A stretch of DNA of 45,008 nt from a virus. Positions 1 through 8,942 of the stretch are shown piece by piece. The stretch is from IMG/VR virus record IMGVR_UViG_3300045918_000199, positions 1-45,008 of that record. One strand, given 5' to 3'. The notes beneath the pieces were generated by a model. That model did not search any database, was not told the origin of the DNA, and saw only the letters and a list, made by a program, of their open reading frames with translations. The stretch's first letter is position 1. Each line of letters opens with the position of its first letter. A program made the position numbers and the translations under genes.

Positions 1-127
1 GGCGGGGTTCACCCCCACGACGTTGAGAGGCCGAGCCTTCTGCGCCTCTTCAGGTGTCAGCCCCATGCGCGCGCCCAGGGCGACGTACATATTCGACACC
101 ATGATAGCATTTATCTCGTTCACGTCT
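1..127. repeat. Terminal duplication, copy 1 (identical to 44882-45008); circular-closure overlap
   Basis: Read directly: both copies run ggcggggttcaccccc...ttatctcgttcacgtct. The repeat lies inside an ORF that stays in frame across the junction. Confidence 0.95.
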
Positions 128-1821
128 TTCGTGAAGCGCCCGATCTTGGTGAACTGGTCAAGGTACACCTGCTTGACTTTGTCAGCGCTCTGTTGATGCG
201 CGACGCTATCGGCGGACTCAGAGATGACGCGCTTGGACTCTTGCGCCAGGAACTCTTCAGCCTTGCTGCTGGCCTCTTTGGCTTCAGCCTGGCTGTACTC
301 GTTCTCGCCGATGCGCGCGTGCTCCATGAGCTTTTGCTCAAGAGGTGTGCCGGCCACCTGGGACAGCAGCTCGCCGATGGGCACCGTGACCTCGTCGCCC
401 GGCAGCAGCTTGCCGCTCTCCAGCTGCGCCTTCACCGAGGGCAGCTGCGCCAGCTCTTCCTGGTTGAGCACTTCGCCTATCGTGCGCGCGTCAAAGCGCA
501 CCTCGGTGGGCGCGCCCTTGTCTTTGTTCTCCTCGGCGATCTGCTGCGTGACTTCAGCAAACGTGCTCGGGTTGTTCTTGCGCAGCGATGAATCGCTCGC
601 AGCTTTGAGCAGTGAGGTCAGCCGGTCGAACTCGGCGGTGGCTGCTTCCTGCTTCTGTTGCTCGCTGCCAAGCTGGTTGGTGATGCCTCCAACACCGTGC
701 ATCAGGGAGACATTACCCGCGGCGCCGACCAACACCGCGATGGCGGTTTGCGCAGCAGCTTCTGGCCGGGCCTTCAGGTAGTCCCCAAAAGTTTTACCCT
801 CGTGGTCAACAGCCCAGTCGTTCAGGTCTTGCAGTACCGTGGCGATCTGCTCGCCCTTGTTTTCTGCCCAAGCGTTTTTCAGGATAGAAGTGAACAGCGG
901 CGTGCCAGCCTTCATGTTGTGGACAAGCCCTGCCAACGGACCCATCTCTGTGCCCGCTTCAATCACCGCATCGCTCAGGCCGTGGCCCATCGCGGTCCAG
1001 TGACCAATGCCCTTCTCCGTGTCCTTCTGGTAGCTCTGCCCACCCGTGTTGGCGCTCATCGCGGTGAGGGCTGCCGCCTGCCCCCCGGGCAACACCGCGA
1101 GCAACATGGCGGGGGCGTTCTGGATGAAGGACTGCACGCCCCCCGACATGGCGCCGCCGAGCCAAGTGGCTGACTTGCCTTCAGCTGCTTTCTTCGCAGC
1201 GTTCTCGGAGTTCGCGATCTGCATGAACCCCTCAGACAAGCGGTGGAGTGGGTTCCCCCCAGGCAAGGAAGTGTTATCGAGGAAGTCAAGGGGGGTCCCG
1301 AGTGAGCGGGTCACCCCGCCAAACATCCCCGCGAAACCAGAGGAGGCGCCGTGGTAGGCGGCCTTGATGTCGCCGCCCAGCGTCGAGCTGGCGCCGGGGG
1401 CACCGACAAAATACTTCGCGCCGTTGACAAAGCCGTCGATGATTTGCGACATCGCGCTCGTGTCCTTGTGGACCTGCGCTACAAAATCAGGAGTGAGCAG
1501 CCGTTCCTTAATCGCGGGTGATGTCTGCGCCAGGTCGTTCAGCTCGCGGAATTTCACCATCGCTTCGACGGTGCCCTCTTGCGTCTTCACTGCTTCGAGG
1601 GGGATGCCTGTGACTTTGGAGAGATAGGCGTGATTGGCTGCGGTCAGCTCAGGTATCTTGATGCCTTGCGCAACGCTCGCGCGCAGGCGACCGCTGCCGC
1701 CTTCACGCTGCGCAAGCGCGGTGTCGAAGGGGTCGCTAGTCTCAGGGGCGGGGTTGCTCGTGCCAGGGCTGCCAGGAGACTGCGACTCACGAAGCGCTAG
1801 GAGGTCGTCAAAGCCGGCCAT
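1..1821 (-). CDS. Giant polyvalent internal virion/ejection protein, 5' part (continues across the circular junction into 44881..39866; joined product 2,278 aa)
   Basis: ATG at 1821-1819 with GAGG 6 nt upstream, 3 nt after the stop of 1825..3690. I translated the minus frame by hand and it is open to base 1. It is absent from the ORF track because it has no in-window stop. It joins codon-perfect (..GRFTKD|VNEINAIM..) to the 39866..45004 ORF. Confidence 0.85.
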   Translation of the reverse strand, partial: MAGFDDLLALRESQSPGSPGTSNPAPETSDPFDTALAQREGGSGRLRASVAQGIKIPELTAANHAYLSKVTGIPLEAVKTQEGTVEAMVKFRELNDLAQTSPAIKERLLTPDFVAQVHKDTSAMSQIIDGFVNGAKYFVGAPGASSTLGGDIKAAYHGASSGFAGMFGGVTRSLGTPLDFLDNTSLPGGNPLHRLSEGFMQIANSENAAKKAAEGKSATWLGGAMSGGVQSFIQNAPAMLLAVLPGGQAAALTAMSANTGGQSYQKDTEKGIGHWTAMGHGLSDAVIEAGTEMGPLAGLVHNMKAGTPLFTSILKNAWAENKGEQIATVLQDLNDWAVDHEGKTFGDYLKARPEAAAQTAIAVLVGAAGNVSLMHGVGGITNQLGSEQQKQEAATAEFDRLTSLLKAASDSSLRKNNPSTFAEVTQQIAEENKDKGAPTEVRFDARTIGEVLNQEELAQLPSVKAQLESGKLLPGDEVTVPIGELLSQVAGTPLEQKLMEHARIGENEYSQAEAKEASSKAEEFLAQESKRVISESADSVAHQQSADKVKQVYLDQFTKIGRFTKDVNEINAIMVSNMYVALGARMGLTPEEAQKARPLNVVGVNPA

Positions 1822-1824
1822 CTG

Positions 1825-3690
1825 TTACCTCGGTATCTGGTTGACGTTACTCGTGGTCGGCGCTTTTTGCTGCGATGCCAGTTCACTTTGGATAGAAGCC
1901 CACTCGCGGATGACGTCGGCGTCGGTGTTGGCCATGCCGCGGCGCTGCAGCGACTGCTTCAACTTTGCGAACCGGTCGGTCGGTATGTTCTTCGCAGACA
2001 CCAGCGCCTCTTTCAGTTCTCCCGGTTTGCCCGGGTCCGGGAGCTGCACCCTGACGGTGTAGTCGCCCTGCTTGCCAGGGGCGACGGCAGCCTGGAGCAC
2101 GTTTTGCTCCCCCCAAAAGTACATGAAAGAAGGCGTCACCACCTCCTTGCTGATTTCTGTTTTCATAATCACGGCTTTTTCGTCGCGCGTCAGCACTCGG
2201 TGCTCCTTGAGCTGCTTCTTGCTTATCTCCGCCTCGACGACATCGTGGACGTATTTGAGCTGCGCCCACGCGGCCTTGTCAGTCGTCTTCGGTTTGGTAT
2301 CCAGCCCAGCGGGCAGCGCGATAGAGTCAAAGCTGTCGGCGTCCATCTGCGCTTCGCTTAGCTTGGCTTTATCCTTGGTCCACGCAGCATGCTTGGCCGC
2401 GACCTCATTCCAGTGGCGGTCGCCCAGCACGGGCTTGAGCGCGAGGACCTGGTCCTCCGTCATGTTGCCCAGCACGTCAGGCCGGCTGTACATGAGCGCA
2501 GCGGGCGCGTGGTCGAAGTCGAACATCCGCTGCTGCTGCACGGTGCGGTGCTCGACGGTGTTGACCAGTGTCGTGCGCAGCTGGTCCCGAGTATCCGGGG
2601 GGAGCGCCAGCGCCTCGGTGGTGTTGAGCACCTTGGAGATAGGCATGCCTGCGTTGACGTTGGCGTACACCGCGCGCAGATTGCCGGCCACGCGCGACTC
2701 GTTGCCGGCCTTGGCCATGCGCAAGCTCTCGGCGAGCCCAAGGCTTGCAGCGTGGTTCAGCGCGGCCTCGTTGGGTTTGCCTTTGTTCTCTTCACGGATG
2801 GCGCGCATGAGCGTCAACTCATCTGGGATGAAGTAGGGGTCGGGGGCCTTCTTGTTCTTCGCAGCCTCTGCAGCGGCGGCGGCGACCGCGTTGTCATAAG
2901 CCGTGGTCCCCTGGGAGGTGCCGAGTGTCGCGGTGGTGATGGCCTTCAGCTTCGTGTTCACTTCGTCAATGTAGCGGCTGTCGAAGTCGTTCTTCGTGTC
3001 GACACCGTCCCAGTATTTTTGTGCGTTGGCCGGGTCTTTCTGCGCGAGCTGGAGCACAGCGTCCTTGATGAGCGCGGTTTTATTTTTAATTGCCTCTTGC
3101 TTCACGCGATCACCGGACCAGTTCAGGTCGGCGCCGAGCTTCTCCGCTTTCTGTTCCAGGTCCAGCTTCGCGGCATCCACCTGCGAAAGCGCAGCCGCCC
3201 CGGAGTTCTTCACCGCGTCCAAGGGGCCTTGCATCGTAGCCAAGGTGGTCGCGGCGTAGTTCTGCAACATCACCGTGTGGTTCTCTTGCGCAACCCAAGC
3301 GCTGCCACTCTGCAGTGCCTGCACGCGAGCGTTGCCCAAGGACTTGTCTATCAGCCCGCGTGCTCGGGGGCTGAGTGCCTCCCCCAGCTCGGCTTTCTTG
3401 TCGTCCCACCACTGCTGCGCGGCGGGCGCGTACTGGCCGGCAAGCTCGCCTTGGAACTTCTTGCGCAGCACCTGGTCCTGCGTGTACCAGGCTTCGCGTG
3501 CCTTCGCTTCCGCGCCGTTTGCATCGCGCAGCGCGTTGCCGTAGTCGATCTTGTCGACGACAGCAGCAACGTCGTCCAGGCCCTTGGCGACTTGCATCTG
3601 CCCTGAGCTGATGTCTTCAGTGCGTTGGAACCCGCCCTCAAGTCCTGCTTGCTTGAGCTGCGGGCCGTCGTAGGTGGGGACGATGGGCAT
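1825..3690 (-). CDS. Internal virion (core) protein, T7 gp15-slot
   Basis: 621-aa ORF with ATG at 3690. It sits between the small gp14-slot protein and the giant protein, downstream of tail tubular A/B. Assigned by gene order; no catalytic motif recognised. Confidence 0.65.
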   Translation of the reverse strand: MPIVPTYDGPQLKQAGLEGGFQRTEDISSGQMQVAKGLDDVAAVVDKIDYGNALRDANGAEAKAREAWYTQDQVLRKKFQGELAGQYAPAAQQWWDDKKAELGEALSPRARGLIDKSLGNARVQALQSGSAWVAQENHTVMLQNYAATTLATMQGPLDAVKNSGAAALSQVDAAKLDLEQKAEKLGADLNWSGDRVKQEAIKNKTALIKDAVLQLAQKDPANAQKYWDGVDTKNDFDSRYIDEVNTKLKAITTATLGTSQGTTAYDNAVAAAAAEAAKNKKAPDPYFIPDELTLMRAIREENKGKPNEAALNHAASLGLAESLRMAKAGNESRVAGNLRAVYANVNAGMPISKVLNTTEALALPPDTRDQLRTTLVNTVEHRTVQQQRMFDFDHAPAALMYSRPDVLGNMTEDQVLALKPVLGDRHWNEVAAKHAAWTKDKAKLSEAQMDADSFDSIALPAGLDTKPKTTDKAAWAQLKYVHDVVEAEISKKQLKEHRVLTRDEKAVIMKTEISKEVVTPSFMYFWGEQNVLQAAVAPGKQGDYTVRVQLPDPGKPGELKEALVSAKNIPTDRFAKLKQSLQRRGMANTDADVIREWASIQSELASQQKAPTTSNVNQIPR

Positions 3691-3693
3691 GTC

Positions 3694-4215
3694 TTAGCCC
3701 CCGCCGCCATCGCGAACGCTCAGATCAGCGCCACCGCCAGAGCCCTTGTACCAGTAGCCCGCAACCTTGCTGCCCCCGGTGAGCAGGCTGCCGGTCTGAG
3801 ACATCTGGCTGTTGAACATCGCAGCGTCAGCTGCAGCGCCGAAGCCCGCGGCCTGGGACTTCTTGGCCCAGCCCTCGACCTGCCCATTGTAGCGGGCGGT
3901 CTTCACGTCCTCGTTGCCGAAGAAGCTGGTCTGGTCGATCACATCGCCTGGCGTGCCTTCAGTCAGGTCCAGGCCCTTGGCCGCGTAGCCGGCGCGCTGG
4001 GCGCCTTGGATTTGCGCGGCGTGCTTCTTGGCCTGGATGGCCATCAGCTCGCCCCGGCGTGTAGCGTCAGCCGCCTGGTACTCGGCGTTGGTCTTGTTGG
4101 TCTGGGCCACGCCAGCGGTGTACTTGCCCTGCTTGTCTGCAGAATCCACCGCCACGTAAGTTGAGGCGGCAGCCATCGCCATCATCGCGTATCCTGCACT
4201 CACACCATCACACAT
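3694..4215 (-). CDS. Small internal virion protein, T7 gp14-slot, Gly-rich C-terminus
   Basis: 173 aa, ATG at 4215 with GAGG 8 nt upstream. The C-terminal ..GSLLTGGSKVAGYWYKGSGGG.. is typical of small podoviral virion proteins. Assigned by position. Confidence 0.6.
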   Translation of the reverse strand: MCDGVSAGYAMMAMAAASTYVAVDSADKQGKYTAGVAQTNKTNAEYQAADATRRGELMAIQAKKHAAQIQGAQRAGYAAKGLDLTEGTPGDVIDQTSFFGNEDVKTARYNGQVEGWAKKSQAAGFGAAADAAMFNSQMSQTGSLLTGGSKVAGYWYKGSGGGADLSVRDGGGG

Positions 4216-4217
4216 AT

Positions 4218-4682
4218 TCAGCCTCGCATCTCAAAGGGGTGAAACAGAGCCCCGTCAACCCCAAAGGGCTCGGCAGGGTGTAGCAAAAAACCAACACTTT
4301 TAAGCCAACGTAGCGCCGCGTGGTTGTCCGCGTGGACGGCGTTGACCAGGTGAGGGTAAATCCGCAGCATATCTTGAATGTACGGGCGGCATCGGCGCAT
4401 AAGCACACGTTGATGGCGGGTGACCAGGTCGGTCCCCAACATCCACGGGCTGCCCTCTTGATCGAAGAGAGTGAGCACTGGCACTACGCCGAAGATACAG
4501 CCCACCTCGCCGTCAGCCGTACCTGTCCGGCAGAGCACGGAACGGTCAACGGAAGCCTGAACGCGAGGCAGAATTTCACCGACTCCAGACGCGCGAAGCT
4601 CGTTGATGTCGGCCTGTCTCATTTTCGCAACAAGTGCTTCGACATCCCCAGGCTGCACCAGGCGGATGTCGATATCAGCCAC
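4218..4682 (-). CDS. GNAT-like acetyltransferase-fold protein in the virion module
   Basis: 154 aa. The GTG start overlaps the tubular B stop by 8 nt. The segment NHAALRWLKSVGF resembles the GNAT motif-A region. Fold assignment is from memory only. Confidence 0.5.
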   Translation of the reverse strand: MADIDIRLVQPGDVEALVAKMRQADINELRASGVGEILPRVQASVDRSVLCRTGTADGEVGCIFGVVPVLTLFDQEGSPWMLGTDLVTRHQRVLMRRCRPYIQDMLRIYPHLVNAVHADNHAALRWLKSVGFLLHPAEPFGVDGALFHPFEMRG

Positions 4683-7218
4683 CGATGGCCACCTCGTAGG
4701 TGATGGCGGAAATGGTCAGCGGCACCGGCTGGTCCTCGCGTATGCAGATCGAAGCGTCCGGGTCCCAGCTCGGGCCGATCACCATCTCGACCTCCCCGCT
4801 GCGCACAGCAGGAGGCGAGCCATAGGGGTCGCTGACGGCGCGCGAGGGGAAGGGTGTCAGCTCCGTGAAGGACGGCCCCGCCTGGAGCACTGGCGAGCTG
4901 TTGGCGAGGCGCAGATGCACCCTGTCGACGTTCTTCATCGTGCCTTTGCCGCCCGCTGGCGTCCCGTCCATGCTGAGCGGGAGCGTCTGCAAGTCCGAGG
5001 TGTAGGCCAGCCCCACCGTGACCTTGCTCGCTGCGGTCGCCAGGGCCGCGCTCAGCGCGCCGCCAGCGGTGATCGTGAGGCCTGACACCACCGCGCCGTC
5101 CGCGAGCACCTGCACGCTGCGCCCGACCAGGTGGTCCAGGCCGCTCAGGTTTGTGATGGGCGCGCCGCTGTAGGTGACTCCCGCGTCGACGTAGAAGGCA
5201 TTGGTCAAGGTGGTGTAGATGCGCGACATCATGCGCTCGATGTATCGCACCGTGCGCCCGTTGACGGTGCGGCGCACCACCATGTACAGCGCGTCCTCCC
5301 CCGTCTCAGGGATGACCGAGATGGACTCGATGACGCCATCAGTGACGTGCTGGTGCCAGGCGAACACTTGTTGCTCTGGCACGTAGGTCATGCCCAGCAG
5401 CGTGCCGTCGCTGCGCAGCACCCACACGATCTTGTCGGGCGCACGCACGTAGGCGAGCTGCACGATTGTGAAGCCGTTGACCAGGTGCGGGGCGAACAGA
5501 CTCACGTCGGTGGTGCGGTAGGCGCCCGTACCCGAGGGGTCGTAGGCCAGCTCCATGATGTGCGAGCCTTGGGCCTGCACGAATATCCCGGAGCTGTTGG
5601 TCACCACCGGCTGCGTGTTGGCCGCGCCGCAGTAGGACTGAGGCTTTTGCGCCAGGCTCTTGGGCGTGATGGCCGGGGCGTTGTCTGCGAACACGCGGAA
5701 CTCGCCAGCGACGGTGAGCGCGATCAGATCGAACAGGGGCACCAGGTGGCGGATGGCGTTCTGCTGCGACGCTGCGATCTTGAAGTTGAGCGCGTCGTCG
5801 TCGCGCGCAGGCACGGAGGCGGTGAGGTTTGCGTCGGTGCCCGAGCGCGTCGCGATGACGTTCTGCGGGCGGTTGTTCGTGCCCGCGAACCAGCGGCGCT
5901 GCTCGTGGTGGGTCACCGCCGAAGGGTAGTTGCCTGGTGCGTCGTTCAGCGGGATGGTGCTGTCGGGCGGCGTCTGCGTGATGTCGGGCGTGATGTTGTC
6001 GTCGACCAGCAGGTTCACCGGCGTGCGCACAGTGCCGGTGTTGGCCACGGTGTTGTCGCTGCTGAGGTCGTTGGTGTTGAAAGTGAAGGTCGTCGCGTTC
6101 ACCACCGTGATCTTCCAGGTGCCGTTGAACGCAGCGATGCCGGTGTTCTCGACGATCTTGATGTCGTTGGTCGCGAAGCCGTGCGCGGCCGTGGTGACGA
6201 CGGTGGTCAGCTTGGTGGACAAGGGGTTGCCGTCTGCGTCAACACCCGCGTTGCGCGCGATGCTGGAAATGCTGGCCGCTGCTGCGGTGCTGATGGACGT
6301 GATCTGGCCGATGTAGCCATAGACCCCGCCGCGCTGCTTATACACAAAGTACCGGCTGGCTGCATCGGCCGAGGTGAACTGGATGACGTTGTAGTTGCCC
6401 GCCAAGCTCAGGTTGTTGTTGCAGGTGAAGTCCGCGGTGGTCAGCGACTCAGTGACAGTGTCCGCCGCGACCGAGGTCACCACGTAGTGTTGAGGCGTCA
6501 GGTTTGTGGCGACCGCCACCGTGGCCGTCGCAGTTGGCGCTGTCGGGGGCACGAGGGTGGGGATGAAGGAAGCGGCGCCGATGGTCCACAGCGTGTTGCT
6601 CAGGCGGCGCAGCTCTTGGGCGGGGATGCTCGGGTGGGTGAAGGTCATCACGTCAGCGTTCTGCGCGTAGTGCAGATCGAACAGCTGCCCCGCGGTGAAG
6701 ACGTTGGCGATCTGGTACACCCGCGCGCCTTTGGTGTAGGCTGCGCTTGGGTTGGTCGCGGCACCCGCCATGTCGGCAGTGGTGTAGGTGTTGGCGCCCG
6801 TGACCGTGATCTTGAAGAAGCGCCCGCCCGGAGTGGACAGGAAGACCCAGTCGCCAGTGGCATAGCCGTGCGCGTTCTGCGTCACGACGTTGCCCACTAT
6901 GGAGACGAGGTTCTGCGTGACTTCCAGGAGCGTGCCCTGCGGTGAGTGAAAGCGGATGTACCCGGCCCCCACCTCCAGCTGCATCGCCTGCGTTGCGCTG
7001 AACATGAAGGGCACCAAGCGCACCGTCTGCGTGCTGTCGCGCACCTCGTTGAAGAACATCGTGCCCGGGCGCCGAGCCATCGGGCCATGGGGCAGCGCGA
7101 TGAAGTTCAGCGCCTTCTGCACGCCGGTCTGGTTCTTGGTCAGATCAATGCGGCCGAACATCTCCGGCGTGATTTCACCGCCGGCGAAGGACCGCTGCGG
7201 TAGCTTGACGACGGTCAT
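4675..7218 (-). CDS. Tail tubular protein B (nozzle), T7 gp12-like
   Basis: 847 aa. The N-terminus MTVVKLPQRSFAGGEITPEMFGRIDL matches the usual gp12-like start. ATGA overlap with the upstream tubular A gene. Confidence 0.8.
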   Translation of the reverse strand: MTVVKLPQRSFAGGEITPEMFGRIDLTKNQTGVQKALNFIALPHGPMARRPGTMFFNEVRDSTQTVRLVPFMFSATQAMQLEVGAGYIRFHSPQGTLLEVTQNLVSIVGNVVTQNAHGYATGDWVFLSTPGGRFFKITVTGANTYTTADMAGAATNPSAAYTKGARVYQIANVFTAGQLFDLHYAQNADVMTFTHPSIPAQELRRLSNTLWTIGAASFIPTLVPPTAPTATATVAVATNLTPQHYVVTSVAADTVTESLTTADFTCNNNLSLAGNYNVIQFTSADAASRYFVYKQRGGVYGYIGQITSISTAAAASISSIARNAGVDADGNPLSTKLTTVVTTAAHGFATNDIKIVENTGIAAFNGTWKITVVNATTFTFNTNDLSSDNTVANTGTVRTPVNLLVDDNITPDITQTPPDSTIPLNDAPGNYPSAVTHHEQRRWFAGTNNRPQNVIATRSGTDANLTASVPARDDDALNFKIAASQQNAIRHLVPLFDLIALTVAGEFRVFADNAPAITPKSLAQKPQSYCGAANTQPVVTNSSGIFVQAQGSHIMELAYDPSGTGAYRTTDVSLFAPHLVNGFTIVQLAYVRAPDKIVWVLRSDGTLLGMTYVPEQQVFAWHQHVTDGVIESISVIPETGEDALYMVVRRTVNGRTVRYIERMMSRIYTTLTNAFYVDAGVTYSGAPITNLSGLDHLVGRSVQVLADGAVVSGLTITAGGALSAALATAASKVTVGLAYTSDLQTLPLSMDGTPAGGKGTMKNVDRVHLRLANSSPVLQAGPSFTELTPFPSRAVSDPYGSPPAVRSGEVEMVIGPSWDPDASICIREDQPVPLTISAITYEVAIGG

Positions 7219-7871
7219 GCGCGGCGCCTCATGTGCTCAGGGACATGGGTGCTCTTCTCCGCGCTGGAGTTGGCGTCGTTGGCGGCAGCCTTGCCTCTCA
7301 CATTCTCGTAGGCCGCGCGCAGCTTGTTGGCTGCGGTGGCGCCGGTGTCGCCTTTGATGATGGCGCCCGCCAGGTAGGAAGCCAGCAGCAGCGACAACGC
7401 AGAGGTGAAGCCCGCGGTGTACTTGCTCACGTCAACGATGTCGGCGGTGTACAGCAGCACCGCGTCTTCCTCGTGGGTGAGCAGGATGTCGCCCTCGTTG
7501 TCGAAGTCAGCGGTGCCGCGCTCGGTGAAGAGAGCGACCTCGTCGGCACGCAACAGCCCGCCGAACGGGAAGAAGCCGAAGGCGTCAAGTGTACTGGTGG
7601 TCAGTATCCGCTGGGGCTGGATGCAGTCGCTCGGCTTGGCGTAGGCGTAGGTCCACACCGTGCTCGGGTTGTCGACCAGCGCCAGCGCCACGCGCTTCTT
7701 CGCGAAGGTCCAGGGGTGACTCTCGATCATCTCCTGACGCGCGAGCGGGTAGAAGGTGGCGCAGTAACCCGCCTCGACGCTGCTGTCGGGCGGATTGATA
7801 GAGATGATGCTGCTGCGTGCGCCGATATGGCTCAGCGCGAGCTTGCAAATTGCGACTTCACTGGTGGCCAT
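7215..7871 (-). CDS. Tail tubular protein A (adaptor), T7 gp11-like
   Basis: 218 aa. N-terminal EVAICKLALSHIGA is typical of gp11-like proteins. It lies directly upstream of tubular B. Confidence 0.75.
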   Translation of the reverse strand: MATSEVAICKLALSHIGARSSIISINPPDSSVEAGYCATFYPLARQEMIESHPWTFAKKRVALALVDNPSTVWTYAYAKPSDCIQPQRILTTSTLDAFGFFPFGGLLRADEVALFTERGTADFDNEGDILLTHEEDAVLLYTADIVDVSKYTAGFTSALSLLLASYLAGAIIKGDTGATAANKLRAAYENVRGKAAANDANSSAEKSTHVPEHMRRRA

Positions 7872-7883
7872 ATCAGTCCTTCA

Positions 7884-7911
7884 AACAAAAGCGGGGCCAC
7901 GCAGGCCCCGA
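7884..7911 (-). terminator. Rho-independent terminator/attenuator after the 131-aa gene
   Basis: On the minus strand: stem CGGGGCC, loop TGCGT, stem GGCCCCG, followed by CTTTTGTTT. It lies between the stop at 7934 and the start at 7871. Confidence 0.6.
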
Positions 7912-7933
7912 CTATCCAACACGGAGCCCAGGC

Positions 7934-8329
7934 TCAGGCCAAGGCTGGCTTCTGCAACTCGGCCACTTGTGCTTGCAGCTCAGCGATGACAGCGGCTTGG
8001 GTCGCAGCTTCAGCAGCTTGCGTCTGCAGCGCGTCAGCAACAGCAGCGGCAATCGCCTTGGACAGCGCGACCGGGTCGACACCGTTGGCCAGCGGGGTGT
8101 TGCCGTATTGCTCGTTCATCTGCGCCACGCGGGCGCGGTTGCTGGCTTCGTACGCGGCCCTCAGGGCTTCGCCACGAGCGTCAACCGCGCGCAGGTTGCC
8201 AGCGGGCAGCGTGCCCTTGGGCAGCGTAACCACAGCACCTTCCTCGAACAGCTCGTTGCCGAGAAGAGATTTCTCCAGCACAATGAACTGGATTGGGCTG
8301 TCGTCTTCGGGGATGTCGTTCTTCGCCAT
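7934..8329 (-). CDS. Hypothetical head-module protein (coiled-coil C-terminus)
   Basis: 131-aa ORF with ATG at 8329, bracketed by two terminator-like hairpins. Ala/Gln-rich helical tail. No family recognised. Confidence 0.6.
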   Translation of the reverse strand: MAKNDIPEDDSPIQFIVLEKSLLGNELFEEGAVVTLPKGTLPAGNLRAVDARGEALRAAYEASNRARVAQMNEQYGNTPLANGVDPVALSKAIAAAVADALQTQAAEAATQAAVIAELQAQVAELQKPALA

Positions 8330-8346
8330 GCGTTTCTTTCAGTATT

Positions 8347-8374
8347 AAAAAAGCCCAGCCCCGAGGGGCTGGGG
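8347..8374 (-). terminator. Rho-independent terminator/attenuator after the cement-protein gene
   Basis: On the minus strand an 8-bp GC stem (CCCAGCCC / GGGCTGGG) with a 4-nt loop is followed by TTTTTT (plus-strand A6 at 8347-8352). Confidence 0.7.
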
Positions 8375-8382
8375 CCACAACA

Positions 8383-8877
8383 TTAGGAAACCAGGAAGCC
8401 TGATTTGCCGTAGATGTTGACGATGTCGGCAGCGTTCTTCACGATGGCGGCCGAGAAGGTGCCAGCGGTCAGAGGACCAGTCGACACGGTGTAGCGAACA
8501 CCGATGTAGCGGCGAGCAGCCAGCGGTGAGGCTTTGCCGTACTTCAGGTTCACCAGAGCACCGATGGCCAGCGTGGCTTTACCGATTGGGCCGGTCTGGT
8601 CCAGAGTCTCCACGTTGGTGGTCAGCGCAGCGTCGTCAGCTTGAATCAATTCAAAGTTGACGGTAGCAGCGCCAGCGGCGGTAGCAGCCACCAGCGTGCT
8701 GATGGCGATTTCCAACGGCTCGCCGCGGCCCAGCTCGTTCGGGGTGTTGCCCCCGAGCGTGGTCGATGCGGTGTCGTAGGAGTTGGTCGACACTGCGGTG
8801 GCAGTGACAGCCTGGCCGGTCAGCACGCCAGCGGCGGAAACTGAACCGGAGAGAAGGGCGAAGTTGTCGAGAATCAT
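8383..8877 (-). CDS. Capsid decoration/cement protein candidate
   Basis: 164 aa, strong AGGAG RBS, beta-rich Ala/Thr/Gly composition, immediately downstream of the major capsid gene. This is the arrangement I recall for Bordetella phage BPP-1 MCP and cement protein (from memory). Confidence 0.55.
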   Translation of the reverse strand: MILDNFALLSGSVSAAGVLTGQAVTATAVSTNSYDTASTTLGGNTPNELGRGEPLEIAISTLVAATAAGAATVNFELIQADDAALTTNVETLDQTGPIGKATLAIGALVNLKYGKASPLAARRYIGVRYTVSTGPLTAGTFSAAIVKNAADIVNIYGKSGFLVS

Positions 8878-8908
8878 AGGGTACTCCTGATTGATGAAGG
8901 GTTGCTAG

Positions 8909-8935
8909 TAGGGGGAAACTTTTGGCTTCCCCCTA
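8909..8935 (-). other. 9-bp hairpin between the capsid and cement genes (no T-run)
   Basis: TAGGGGGAA (8909-8917) pairs with TTCCCCCTA (8927-8935) across a 9-nt loop. There is no U-tract, so it is more likely an mRNA stability or processing element than a terminator. Confidence 0.35.
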
Positions 8936-8942
8936 GTCAGCT

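Noticed and set aside
1-127. The 127-nt terminal repeat as genuine direct terminal repeats (physical genome ends) of a T7-like phage
   Set aside because: The repeat lies in the middle of a long ORF that reads through the junction in frame. Its length equals a common maximum assembler k-mer. It is therefore best explained as the closure overlap of a circular or circularly permuted assembly. Only read-end analysis can settle this.
5131-6945. Long plus-strand ORF (604 aa) antisense to tail tubular B. Similar cases are 2389..3606 (+), 35786..37432 (+), 39986..41263 (+), 11613..12326 (+) and 7233..8348 (+).
   Set aside because: These are typical high-GC shadow ORFs. They are Arg/Gly/Val/His-rich low-complexity translations with no RBS, and each lies wholly inside a well-supported gene on the other strand.
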